Below are positions 8,910 through 17,904 of a stretch of DNA of 64,000 nucleotides, in pieces. The notes beneath the pieces were generated by a model. It was not told the DNA's origin. It did not search any database and saw only the letters and a list, made by a program, of their open reading frames with translations. The position numbers and the translations under genes are program-made. The DNA lies in contig JAVKHQ010000006.1 in the NCBI GenBank assembly GCA_031459875.1, positions 1 through 64,000 of the forward strand. Direction: 5' to 3'. The DNA is from Candidatus Fervidifonticultor sextus (GTDB taxonomy: Bacteria; Sysuimicrobiota; Sysuimicrobiia; Sysuimicrobiales; Humicultoraceae). Numbering within the stretch: position 1 is the first letter of the stretch; each line of letters opens with the position of its first letter.

Positions 8910-11113
8910 CCTCTTCGTATCCGACCGGAGAACTCGCGCAGGCCGCTCTGCCGGGGGTCCTCGCTCCGTTCTTCAACCCGAAGACGATTGCCGTGATTGG
9001 TGCCTCCGAGACTCCCGGGCTGGCGCGGGACCTTCTGATGACCCTGGACAGCCGGGGGTTTCGAGGTGATGTGCTCCCCGTCAACCCCCGGCACCGGCAG
9101 GTGCTCGGGCGGCGCTGCTACCCCGATGTGCGGTCCCTACCAACGGTGGCGGACCTGGCCGTCGTCCTGGTGCCGGCCGAGGCGACCCCGGAGGTCGTTG
9201 CGGCCTGCGGGCAGGCGAAGGTCCCCGGTGCAGTCATCTGCTCGTCGGGGTTTGCGGAAGTCGGCGAGGACGGCCGGGGTCTCCAGGCCCGCCTTGGCCG
9301 GCAGGCGCGCGCGGCGGGGCTTGCGCTGCTCGGCCCCAACTCCATCGGGTTTCTCAATGTGCCCGCCACCATCCCTGCTATGGCGGTTCCCCCGGCCAGC
9401 ATCCCTGCAGGACTTCGACCCGGTCCCGTCAGCGTGGTCTCGCAGAGCGCGGGCATCCTGATCTCGATGCTGGAATACGGGACCCAGATTGGCCTGGGGT
9501 TTGACCTCCTGGTCTCGACGGGGAACGAAGAGCAGGTGGGTGCGGCGGACTGTCTGGAGTACCTGCTCCACACCCCGACGACGCGGGTCATCGCCCTGGT
9601 CCTGGAGACCGCTCGTGATGGGCGACGCCTGCTCGACCTGGCCGTGCGGGCGCGTGCTCTGGGAAAGGCGGTGGTGGCCCTCAAGCTCGGCCGGTCGGCG
9701 CGGGGTGCTGAGGCGGCACGCTCGCACACGGCGGCGCTGGCCGGGTCGGCCGCAGTGTTCGACGCGGCCTGCCGCGACGCCGGCATCGAGGTCTTCGAGA
9801 GCATCTCGGGGCTCGTGGATGCCGCGGCGTTCCACAGCAAACGGCGGCCGGGGGTGCGTGGCGGCCTGGCGGCCATTACGATCTCGGGTGGGACGGCGGC
9901 CCTGGTGGCCGACGTGGCGGACCGCTTCGGCGTGCGTCTGGCCGACCTCGCTCCGCAGACGCAGCAGCGCCTGATGGGCCTCGTCCCCGCTGGCAGCGCT
10001 GTGGTCAACCCGCTGGATGTGACGGCCGCGGCCATCGAGGACGCCGAACTCTTCGCCCGCGTGGTCGGCGCGCTCAACGACGACCCCGACGTGGGAGCCA
10101 TCGCGCTCGTCCTGCACCTGAGGAAAGGCGGGGGCAGCCCGGCCCACCAGCGCCTGATTCGGACCTTTGTCGCGCAGCACGACCGGGTTTCCAAGCAACT
10201 CGTGGTCGTCTCGACGATCCCGGAGGCGCTGTCCGGCTTCTGGCACGAAGAGGCCGCCGCCGGCCCGGTGCCCTTCCTGAACGACCTTTCCGCGCTGGCG
10301 GCGCTCCGTGGTCTGACGGCTTCCGTCGAGCCGACGGTTAAGACGCGCCGTGAGAATCCTCCGGACGTCCCCGAGGTGTCTCTGGATGCCCTCAAGACCC
10401 CCGTCACCGGCGACGGCCTGTTGGCGGAGGTCGACGCCTATCGATTGCTGGAGGCGGCGGGTATCGCCGTGGCTCCCTATCTGGTGGCGCGTTCGCGAGA
10501 GGAAGCGGTCGCCGGGGCCGACCGGCTGGGCTATCCAGTGGTGCTCAAGGTCATCGCCGGCGTCGCCCACAAGGCGGCGGCGGGGTTGGTTCGGCTGGGC
10601 CTCCGCTCGGCCGACGACGTCGCCCGCGCCTACGACGAGCTCGGCTTGGTTCCTCTGCCGTCCGCAGCAGCGCGCAGGGGCGTGCTGGTTCAGGCCATGG
10701 TCGCGCCTGGCATGGAATTCCTGGTCGGCTTCCGGGTGGACCCGCAGTTTGGTCCGGTCGTGGCGGTGGGTCTGGGGGGCGTCTGGGCCGAGGCGCTGCG
10801 CGATGTCCAGATCGCCCTGGCCCCTGTGGATCCGCGGCAGGCTCTGGCGTTGATCGGCAGGCTCCGATCGGGCCACGCCCTCCAGGAACGCGCAGTCCAG
10901 GCCAAGGTGGATCTGGACGACGTCGCAGAGGTCACCAGCCGTCTCTCGCACCTTGCCGTGCGATTGGCGTCGCGCGTTTCATCGCTGGAGATCAACCCGC
11001 TGATCGCTACCCCGCGAGGCTGCCTGGCCGTGGATGCCCTCGGGGTGGTGTCGGGGGTTCGAGATTGCCCGACCACGGTTGACGTGGCAGCCGCCAGGAC
11101 CGGCGGCAGATGA
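8906..11113 (+). CDS. Acyl-CoA ligase (ADP-forming, acetate--CoA ligase family) with C-terminal ATP-grasp
   Basis: IAVIGAS, LLGPNSIG, VSQSAG, ARSHTAALAG phospho-His, GYPVVLK, DPQFGPVV, LEINPL; GTG at 8906. Confidence 0.9.
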   Translation: MTSSYPTGELAQAALPGVLAPFFNPKTIAVIGASETPGLARDLLMTLDSRGFRGDVLPVNPRHRQVLGRRCYPDVRSLPTVADLAVVLVPAEATPEVVAACGQAKVPGAVICSSGFAEVGEDGRGLQARLGRQARAAGLALLGPNSIGFLNVPATIPAMAVPPASIPAGLRPGPVSVVSQSAGILISMLEYGTQIGLGFDLLVSTGNEEQVGAADCLEYLLHTPTTRVIALVLETARDGRRLLDLAVRARALGKAVVALKLGRSARGAEAARSHTAALAGSAAVFDAACRDAGIEVFESISGLVDAAAFHSKRRPGVRGGLAAITISGGTAALVADVADRFGVRLADLAPQTQQRLMGLVPAGSAVVNPLDVTAAAIEDAELFARVVGALNDDPDVGAIALVLHLRKGGGSPAHQRLIRTFVAQHDRVSKQLVVVSTIPEALSGFWHEEAAAGPVPFLNDLSALAALRGLTASVEPTVKTRRENPPDVPEVSLDALKTPVTGDGLLAEVDAYRLLEAAGIAVAPYLVARSREEAVAGADRLGYPVVLKVIAGVAHKAAAGLVRLGLRSADDVARAYDELGLVPLPSAAARRGVLVQAMVAPGMEFLVGFRVDPQFGPVVAVGLGGVWAEALRDVQIALAPVDPRQALALIGRLRSGHALQERAVQAKVDLDDVAEVTSRLSHLAVRLASRVSSLEINPLIATPRGCLAVDALGVVSGVRDCPTTVDVAAARTGGR

Positions 11114-11751
11114 CCAAAGAAGGGGGGCGCCTGATGGAGGGGGTGGAGCGGGGGTCGCGGTGGTCCGAAGGGCCTCGGGTGCGTGTCAAGCCCCGGGTGA
11201 TCCCACGCGCGGGGGCGGTCCGGCTGTCCACGGAGCCTCTCCGGCGCGACCTGCAGGAGCTCGAACGCCGTTTTCTTCTCCTTCAGGGTCTTTTGGCCGA
11301 GGGTCCTTTTCAGGACTTCACGGCGGAGTTCTGTGCCATCCTCGGAGAGTTGGGTGCCATCGGAAATCGACTGGCAGAGATGGCCGGCCGCAGGAACATC
11401 ACCTACCTGGTCGACCGCAGGTTGGCGATTCTGCTCCAGTACTGCCTCTGGCTGGCCCGGCGGGTGAGCGCCGAGTGCCTCCTCCACCATCAGATCCGGC
11501 TGGAACAGGAACTGAAACGGCTCATCGGGCCGGAGGCCTACCAGGTCTACCTCCGCCTTGAGGACGTGGAAGACGCGGCGCGGGAGGTTGACATGCTCGA
11601 CGACCGCGACATGATGCGTCGCCTGCGCGAGGGCACGCTGGCGCGGGAGATCCTCGAGCAGGTCCTCGGGAGCGAAGAACAGACCTGGCTCTTCCCCAAT
11701 GGTGAGGAGGAGGACCGCCCGGCCAGCGGAGAGGACTCCGAGGGCCGATAA
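11110..11751 (+). CDS. Hypothetical helical protein
   Basis: 213-aa ORF coupled by an ATGA overlap (alternative ATG at 11134); no recognised motif. Confidence 0.6.
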   Translation: MTKEGGRLMEGVERGSRWSEGPRVRVKPRVIPRAGAVRLSTEPLRRDLQELERRFLLLQGLLAEGPFQDFTAEFCAILGELGAIGNRLAEMAGRRNITYLVDRRLAILLQYCLWLARRVSAECLLHHQIRLEQELKRLIGPEAYQVYLRLEDVEDAAREVDMLDDRDMMRRLREGTLAREILEQVLGSEEQTWLFPNGEEEDRPASGEDSEGR

Positions 11752-11862
11752 GGCTGGACGGCCGCGCGAGAACGAGGTATGCGAGATGTTCAACTTCCCC
11801 AAATCTTCCATCAAATTCCCGCGACCGTTCAACGAAGCCGGGAACTTGGAATTTCAGCATCG

Positions 11863-11890
11863 GCAGGATTCTTCCCAGGGCATCTCGTAA
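11863..11890 (+). promoter_or_regulatory. SigH-like promoter motif upstream of the RiPP precursor
   Basis: GCAGGAT-N12-ATCTCGTAA, same spacing as five other sites; -10 element is a variant. Confidence 0.5.
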
Positions 11891-11924
11891 TAAGCCATAT
11901 CCCCTGGAGAGGAAGGGGTGCGCC

Positions 11925-12053
11925 ATGAAGTACGAAACGCCTACCATCAAGGACTACGGCTCCATTGCTGAGCACACGTTTGGGGAAGCCGATCGGCCGA
12001 TCGTCGGTGGGGCCGTTCCGAGGAAGTTCTCGCTGGACGTGGACCGGCGGTAG
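11925..12053 (+). CDS. Lasso-type RiPP precursor peptide, 42 aa: MKYETPTIKDYGSIAEHTF-GEADRPIVGGAVPRKFSLDVDRR
   Basis: Below the ORF-track length cutoff; purine-rich RBS; leader YxxPxIxxxGxxxxxT with Thr at -2 and Gly at +1; adjacent RRE and B2 genes. Confidence 0.85.
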   Translation: MKYETPTIKDYGSIAEHTFGEADRPIVGGAVPRKFSLDVDRR

Positions 12054-12058
12054 CGCAC

Positions 12059-12080
12059 AGGGTTCGTCCTTCGGGCCTTT
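12059..12080 (+). terminator. Stem-loop after the precursor gene (leaky terminator or mRNA stabiliser)
   Basis: AGGGTTCG-TCCTT-CGGGCCTT hairpin with G:U pairs and a short T run. Confidence 0.4.
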
Positions 12081-12110
12081 CCCCACAATGAATCTCTGAG
12101 GGCAGACGTC

Positions 12111-13073
12111 GTGCCCGCGCGAACCTCGACCGTGGCGGTCGAGGTTCTCAATATCTCTCGACGATTCGGCGATACGGTGGCCCTCCACGACGTGTCGCTT
12201 CGCCTGGGTCCAGGCGGGGTCCACGCGCTACTGGGGCCCAATGGATCTGGCAAGACCACGCTCCTGCGCATCCTCCTGGGGCTGACCGAGCCAACCTCCG
12301 GCACCGTGCGCATCATGGGTATGCCGCCCGGTCGCCGGGTTCGGAGGGCGCTCGTGGGCTTGGTGCCGGCCGGGTCGCGTACGTTCTACCACCGGCTCTC
12401 CGGCCTGGAGAACCTGGTGTTCTTCGCGCGTCTCCACGGGATGCCGTATGCGATGGCGCTGGCCCGCGCGCGCGAGGTACTGGTTCAGGTGGGCTTGCAG
12501 TCTGCCGCCCATCTCAGGGTGGGCAAGTACTCCCATGGAATGCAGTCGTGTCTTGGGCTTGCCAGGGCCTTCCTGGCCGATCCACCGGTGCTGCTGGCCG
12601 ACGAGGCCACGCACGATCTAGATCCCGAGGCCGCGCGGCGCGTGCAGGGACTCGTCCGGCTGGCCGCCGAGCGCGGGACGACCGTGGTCTGGGCAACGCA
12701 GCGGGTTGACGAAATCGAGGGATTCGCTCATACCGTGATTCTCCTCGCGCAGGGGCGGGTCAGGTTCGCGGGCCCGGTGGAGCACCTGCTGGCGCACTCC
12801 GCCAGGCGGTACGTCCTGAACGTGGAGGATGGACGTTCGGCCGCCGGGGCGCTGGGCGAGGTGCTGAGCCGCGCCCTCGGGCGTCTGGGGGACGTGACGG
12901 CGCCCCCCGGGACTGCCGACGGCCACGTCACCCTCGACCTTGCCGACGGCGTGGCGCTGGGCGACGCCATTGCCGCACTGGCGGCCGCCGGGGTGAAGGT
13001 CACCTCGTGCCGGCAGGAACGCTCCGGGATGGAGGAGGCGTTCCTTCGGCTGACGGGATCTTCGATGCCATGA
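12111..13073 (+). CDS. ABC exporter ATP-binding protein
   Basis: Walker A GPNGSGKT, YSHGM signature, LLADE Walker B. Confidence 0.9.
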   Translation: MPARTSTVAVEVLNISRRFGDTVALHDVSLRLGPGGVHALLGPNGSGKTTLLRILLGLTEPTSGTVRIMGMPPGRRVRRALVGLVPAGSRTFYHRLSGLENLVFFARLHGMPYAMALARAREVLVQVGLQSAAHLRVGKYSHGMQSCLGLARAFLADPPVLLADEATHDLDPEAARRVQGLVRLAAERGTTVVWATQRVDEIEGFAHTVILLAQGRVRFAGPVEHLLAHSARRYVLNVEDGRSAAGALGEVLSRALGRLGDVTAPPGTADGHVTLDLADGVALGDAIAALAAAGVKVTSCRQERSGMEEAFLRLTGSSMP

Positions 13074-13885
13074 TCGTCGAGATCGGCAAACTCGGGGCTT
13101 TCCTCCGACGGGATTTCCTCATCGCGCTGAGTTACCGGGTCGGGTTCGCCGCCGACCTGGTCAACCTGCTGGCCCAGGCGGTATTGTTCTACTACGTCAG
13201 CCTGATTGTGGACCCCGCGCGGATGCCGAGTTTCGGAGGGACACGGGCCGGCTACGTGGCGTTTGTCGCCGTAGGCATCGCGGTCAGCGCGCTCCTCCAC
13301 ACAGGAGTGGCTGGAATGGCGCACGCCATTCGCGGCGAGCAATTGACGGGCACGCTCGAGTCCCTGCTGGTCACGCCCACGTCCGCGTGGACGCTGCAGC
13401 TCGGTTCGGTGATTTATGATCTCTCGTATGTGCCGGTGCGGACCGCGGCGTTTCTGGCAATTGTGGCCGTAGTTTTCGGCGTAGACTTCCACCTCGATGG
13501 CATTCTCCCGGCCCTGGCCCTCCTGGTGGTCTTCCTGCCCTGCGTCTGGGGTTTGGGCGCCGCCAGCGCCGCGGCAGTGCTCACGTTTCGGCAGGTGTCG
13601 GGCATCATCGGGCTCGCCACCGCGGCGCTCAGTATAGCTTCGGGAGCCTACTTTCCACACGACCTCCTGCCCGGCTGGCTCGCCGGCACGGCCCGCGTGA
13701 ACCCCGTGGCCCTTGCGCTGGGGGGTGCACGGGAGGCACTGCTGGGCGGCGGCGGGTGGTCGGCCGTCGTCCCCTACGCTCTGATGCTTGCCCCCTTCTC
13801 GGCTGTTTCCTTGATCCTGGGCGGCCTGGCGTTCCAGCTTGCGCTCCAGCGGGAGCGCCGCCTTGGCACACTGGGCTTGTATTGA
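13070..13885 (+). CDS. ABC-2 type permease
   Basis: Multiple hydrophobic segments, EQLTGTLESLLVTP, SGAYFP..LPGWL motifs. Confidence 0.9.
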   Translation: MIVEIGKLGAFLRRDFLIALSYRVGFAADLVNLLAQAVLFYYVSLIVDPARMPSFGGTRAGYVAFVAVGIAVSALLHTGVAGMAHAIRGEQLTGTLESLLVTPTSAWTLQLGSVIYDLSYVPVRTAAFLAIVAVVFGVDFHLDGILPALALLVVFLPCVWGLGAASAAAVLTFRQVSGIIGLATAALSIASGAYFPHDLLPGWLAGTARVNPVALALGGAREALLGGGGWSAVVPYALMLAPFSAVSLILGGLAFQLALQRERRLGTLGLY

Positions 13886-13897
13886 GGTCGGAGGTCG

Positions 13898-14197
13898 GTG
13901 ACCTTCTCTCCCATCCGCCCCGGCGATCGCGTCTCCCGGAACGCCAAGGTGGTGTCCCGCTGGCTGGGGGAGGAAGAGGGCGCGGTCCTGCTCCACCTGG
14001 AATCCGGGCAGTACCATGGACTTAACAGGATGGGCTGGGTGATCTGGAATCTCCTGGAAGGTCCCCGGACGTTCGGCGACCTGGTGGACGATGTGCGGAA
14101 GCAGGTGGAGGATCCGCCCGCGGAACTCGAGGCCGAAGTCGGGAGATTTCTAGATTCCCTGCACGCCCGCCACCTGGTCGAGATCGAGCCGGCCTGA
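13898..14197 (+). CDS. PqqD-family RiPP recognition element (lasso B1-like)
   Basis: 99 aa; AVLLHLESGQYHGLNRMGWVIWNLL...FLDSLHARHLV; GGAGG RBS. Confidence 0.9.
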   Translation: MTFSPIRPGDRVSRNAKVVSRWLGEEEGAVLLHLESGQYHGLNRMGWVIWNLLEGPRTFGDLVDDVRKQVEDPPAELEAEVGRFLDSLHARHLVEIEPA

Positions 14198-14217
14198 TCC
14201 TGTCCATCTAGATACGA

Positions 14218-15157
14218 ATGGCCACGTCTCACGTGACGCCTCCTGTCCCTCCGAGCCAGGGCACCTGCTATGGGTTTGCTGTTCGGTCCGACCTTCGGCT
14301 CCACTACCTGCGCGGTGGAGGCGGCGACCCGCTGGAGGTCGTGGCCGGGTCAACCCCGGACGAGTCTGCAGGGGGGGCATCTGCTGTGCGAGTGGGGGAC
14401 TCCTCCGGGTCAACCCGACGTCCGACTCTACCAGCACGGCTCTCGGTACCGGCTCTGGATCGACGGTGGCGGGAGTTACGAAGTCGACCCAGAGGGCGGA
14501 CGGATCGTGGTCCCCGAGGATGAGGACGGGCGCCGGCGTGAACAACTGTTGTGGAGTCTCCCTTCCGCCGTCTACCTCCTCCACCGAGGCGATCTGCCGA
14601 TCCACTCGGCGGCCGTTGAGATCGATGGCATCGGAGTCCTGCTGGGCGCGCCCGGCGGTCACGGGAAGACGACGCTGGCGGCGGCCTGCTACCAGGCCGG
14701 CCACCGGGTTCTTTCGGAGGACCTGACTTGCGTCCGTCTGTCGCCGGATCCGGTGATCATCCCCGGTCCTGCGATGCTGCGGCTGCGGCGGGATGTCCTT
14801 GAGTCGCTCGGCCTGTCCGATTCCTCCTCCGTGTTCTGGCATGGCAACCGGGTCAGCCTGGCCCTCGACCGTCAGAGGGGCGACTGCCGCCCCGTGCCCC
14901 TCGGGGCGATGGTCTTGCTCCGGCGGGACGCTCATGCTGTGCGCAGCGAGCGGGTCTGCGCAGTCGACGCCGTCAGAGATCTCTGGGAACTGAGCTTCTA
15001 CCTGCCCTCTGATGACGGGATGGCTAGGTGTTTTGCGCAGGTCGTGGATCTCGCAAGGATCGTACCTGTCTGGAATCTCTACCGCCCCATGCGGGTTGAC
15101 ATCCTTCCATCCGTCGTTGCTCTGATCGAGGTGCTGGCGGCGGGGCATGGTCGCTGA
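14218..15157 (+). pseudogene. HPr-kinase-like RiPP kinase, frameshifted at a G7 tract (14371..14377)
   Basis: N-terminal CYGFAVRSDL in one frame; IHSAAV, P-loop GAPGGHGKTT and LSED in another; removing one G fuses them. Confidence 0.75.
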
Positions 15158-15560
15158 ACGGCGCACGCGGCTGTCGCTGATGGCGCGGGTGGGACTGGTG
15201 CTGCGCGTCTGGCGCTGGTTCGCTTTCGTGCGGCTGCGGGTGGGCACTGACCCTTTGCCCCAGCTCGTCATGCAGCTCCGGCAGACCGCCCATCCGTCGC
15301 CGCGCCGGTATCCGCCGGGCACGCTCAGCCGGGCGGTGGACCGGAGCCTGCGCTTCGGCAACGTGAGATCCAGTTGTCTTACGAAGGCACTGGTGCTGTT
15401 TCGGCTCCTCAGGGAGCAGGGTGACCCGGCTGAGCTTGTTATCGGGCTGCCTGAGGATGGAGGCGCGCCAGGGGCGCACGCCTGGGTGGAACTCCACGGA
15501 TGGGACGTCGGGCCGCCGCCCGGCCGGGGCGTGCATACCGCTCTGGCGCGATTTCAATGA
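15147..15560 (+). CDS. Lasso peptide B2-type leader peptidase (transglutaminase-like)
   Basis: SCLTKAL (catalytic Cys), LVIG, AHAWVE (His) motifs. Confidence 0.9.
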   Translation: MVAERRTRLSLMARVGLVLRVWRWFAFVRLRVGTDPLPQLVMQLRQTAHPSPRRYPPGTLSRAVDRSLRFGNVRSSCLTKALVLFRLLREQGDPAELVIGLPEDGGAPGAHAWVELHGWDVGPPPGRGVHTALARFQ

Positions 15561-17581
15561 ACGACGAGGTGAGCCCGGTCTCCCGGGGCGACATCCTGAT
15601 CGCCTGCCTGATCGAACCGGATGCGGAGCCTCCCCGGCCCGGGCCACCCCTCTCTGAGTTGGTTGCCGGGTGTGATCTCGCCTGGCTGCCGCACGCGGCG
15701 CACTACCACGGCATCGCCGGGTACGTGTACCGCGCTCTGAAGGAACTCCCTGGCATCGACCCCCGGACGCTGGCCTCGCTGGAGACGCTGTACCGGTTAG
15801 GACTTGGCAGGCATCTCAGGGCCATTGGTGACTTGAGCCATCTCCAGGCGGTCCTGGACCGCGCGAGCGTCCGCTGGCTCGTGGCGGATGGTCCCGTCCT
15901 GGCCGAGACGGGATATCCGCGGCCGGATCTGCGCGCGTATGACGGGGTACATCTTGTCATCCCCCGGGAAGCCCTCTCGGTGGCCCTGCTGACGCTTGAG
16001 GGCGCTGGATGCCTGATCCGTCGCCGGGGGGAGAGCCTGCGCGCTAGCAGGGTCGACCTCACTCTCCGCTACGGGACTGCTGCCTGCCTGCGCTGTCATA
16101 TTGGAGACAGCGCCGATGGGGCACCGGAGCCCGATTCTCCAGGGTCAGGCATCTTCGACAGGGCTCGCCGGGTGCGGCTGGCATCCACCGTCGTGGCGAC
16201 CCTGGATGCCGCCGATGCGCTCATCTTCCTTGCGGCGCGCGCCACCGAGGACAGCAGCCGCCTGGGCCTGTTGAAAGACGTCGAGCGAATCCTGGCCACC
16301 ACGCCCATCTCCTGGGAGGAAGTCGTTCTCCGGTCCCGTACGTGGGGTCTTGCCGGTTCGGCCGGCGCCGCGCTGCGTCGGGCCCGGCAGGTGCTGTCGG
16401 CGCCGGTACCTCCAGATGTCATCCGGGCGTTGGCCAATGGCACCGGCCATCTCCCGAGCAAGGCGCGCCGGCCGCTAGGCCAGACTGACGGGCAGCCGAT
16501 GGTCTCATCGGCGTCGATCCTGCTCCACCTCATCCACGTGGATCCGAATCCATTGCCCCAGGATCTCCAAATCGACTGGGATGGTGTGGTGAGGCTGGCG
16601 GTGCGCGAGCGCCTGGCGCCGCTGGCGTTTGTCGGTCTCGACCGGGCCCGCGCCCCGGACTTCGTCAGGTCCATGCTGGCCCAGCCTTACCGTGAGGCGG
16701 TCGCCTCGGCCGCCGACGCCTACTGGCAGGCTGTCGAAGCCCTCCGGGTGCTGAGGGCCGAGGGCATCACGCCGATCCCACTGAAGGGCGCGGCCATGGC
16801 GCAGTTCGTCTACCGGGATGTGGGGCTCCGTCCGTTCGTTGACCTGGACTTTCTGGTCCGTGCTGAGCAGATCGATGCGGTCCATCGGGCCCTGCAGGCG
16901 GCAGGATACGCCATGGTGGGGGAGCGTCCCACGGACGCGGATCTGACCTGGCGGCACGGACGGGCGTACTTCGATCCGTCCGGGCACAGGATCTCTGTGG
17001 ACGTCCACTGGCGGTATCTGGGCTATCCGTGGCTGATGCCCTTCGACTTCGAGGGCGTCTTCGCCCGGGCGGCGGAGGCGTCTCTGGGGGAGGAACCGGT
17101 CCTCCTGGCCGCCCCCTGCGATATGATCGTGGCCACCAGCGCCTACTTCCTCCGCGAGCTCTGGTACGGGAAACCGAAGCTTCGCTACCTCCGCGATCTG
17201 GCCGAACTCTCTGTCCGTTCCGCGGTGGACTGGGACTGCGTGATCAACGTGGCCGCGGCCACGCCGCGCATTCGCCCCCCGCTCTACCTGACGCTGGCGG
17301 CGGCCGCCGGACTACTCGGCGCGGCGGTTCCGGAGGAGGTATTGGAGCGGCTGCGGCCCCGACGGAAGCCACGGGTCACCAGTCGCCTCGAGGCCGCCGT
17401 CTCCCGCAACATCCTGCGCATCGATTCCCCCATCCAGGCGGTGGGACAGGTGGCCCTCATGCGTTGGATCGACGAGCCATCCCTGACGGTCATGCTGCGG
17501 TGGCTCCTGGCTCTTCTCTTCGTTCCCCGGCCACTGGCCTCCAGCCAGCGGCGGTGGCTGCAGCGGATCTGGCGGCGATGA
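15557..17581 (+). CDS. Nucleotidyltransferase family protein (NTP_transf_5-like), two tandem domains
   Basis: Second domain PLKGAAMAQFVY..LRPFVDLDFLV, VDVHW, YLRDL; first domain is a degenerate copy; ATGA overlap with B2. Confidence 0.85.
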   Translation: MNDEVSPVSRGDILIACLIEPDAEPPRPGPPLSELVAGCDLAWLPHAAHYHGIAGYVYRALKELPGIDPRTLASLETLYRLGLGRHLRAIGDLSHLQAVLDRASVRWLVADGPVLAETGYPRPDLRAYDGVHLVIPREALSVALLTLEGAGCLIRRRGESLRASRVDLTLRYGTAACLRCHIGDSADGAPEPDSPGSGIFDRARRVRLASTVVATLDAADALIFLAARATEDSSRLGLLKDVERILATTPISWEEVVLRSRTWGLAGSAGAALRRARQVLSAPVPPDVIRALANGTGHLPSKARRPLGQTDGQPMVSSASILLHLIHVDPNPLPQDLQIDWDGVVRLAVRERLAPLAFVGLDRARAPDFVRSMLAQPYREAVASAADAYWQAVEALRVLRAEGITPIPLKGAAMAQFVYRDVGLRPFVDLDFLVRAEQIDAVHRALQAAGYAMVGERPTDADLTWRHGRAYFDPSGHRISVDVHWRYLGYPWLMPFDFEGVFARAAEASLGEEPVLLAAPCDMIVATSAYFLRELWYGKPKLRYLRDLAELSVRSAVDWDCVINVAAATPRIRPPLYLTLAAAAGLLGAAVPEEVLERLRPRRKPRVTSRLEAAVSRNILRIDSPIQAVGQVALMRWIDEPSLTVMLRWLLALLFVPRPLASSQRRWLQRIWRR

Positions 17582-17592
17582 CCGGGATGCCC

Positions 17593-17904
17593 CTACAGTC
17601 TGGCCGGGCGGATCCAGGCGGCCGTCAGTTCCATGCCTTCACGGGAGCTGATCTTCGGTTCGAAGCCGAGCAGGCGTTGGGCCTTCTCGGTGCTGCAAAC
17701 GGTCGTGTCGGCGTACAGGTGTACCAGGCTTCGCGGGAGCAGGGGGCGCGGCGGCGGGCCGCCATCGTCAGGTGAATCCGAGCGGACCATGATGTCAGCC
17801 ACCCTCTGCCGGAGCCGTCGCTGCGTCCCCTCGGGTAGCATCCTCGCCACTCCACGTGCCACCAGCTCCATCCTCGTCACGATCGGGACCGCCCGGATGG
17901 TCAT
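17593..17904 (-). pseudogene. C-terminal remnant of an NAD-dependent epimerase paralogue
   Basis: RPLLPR..EKAQRLLGFEPK..EGMELTAAWIRPARL aligns with the C-terminus of 1669..2844; no Rossmann domain. Confidence 0.7.

Noticed and set aside
8906..11113. ATP-grasp-containing ligase as a substitute peptide cyclase
   Set aside because: It has the full acetate--CoA ligase architecture with phospho-His and lies in a separate transcription unit; nothing links it to the peptide
12006..12053. Double-glycine cleavage (VGG/A) giving a core with Asp at position 9
   Set aside because: No C39 peptidase exporter; no Thr at -2; only four tail residues, too short to thread
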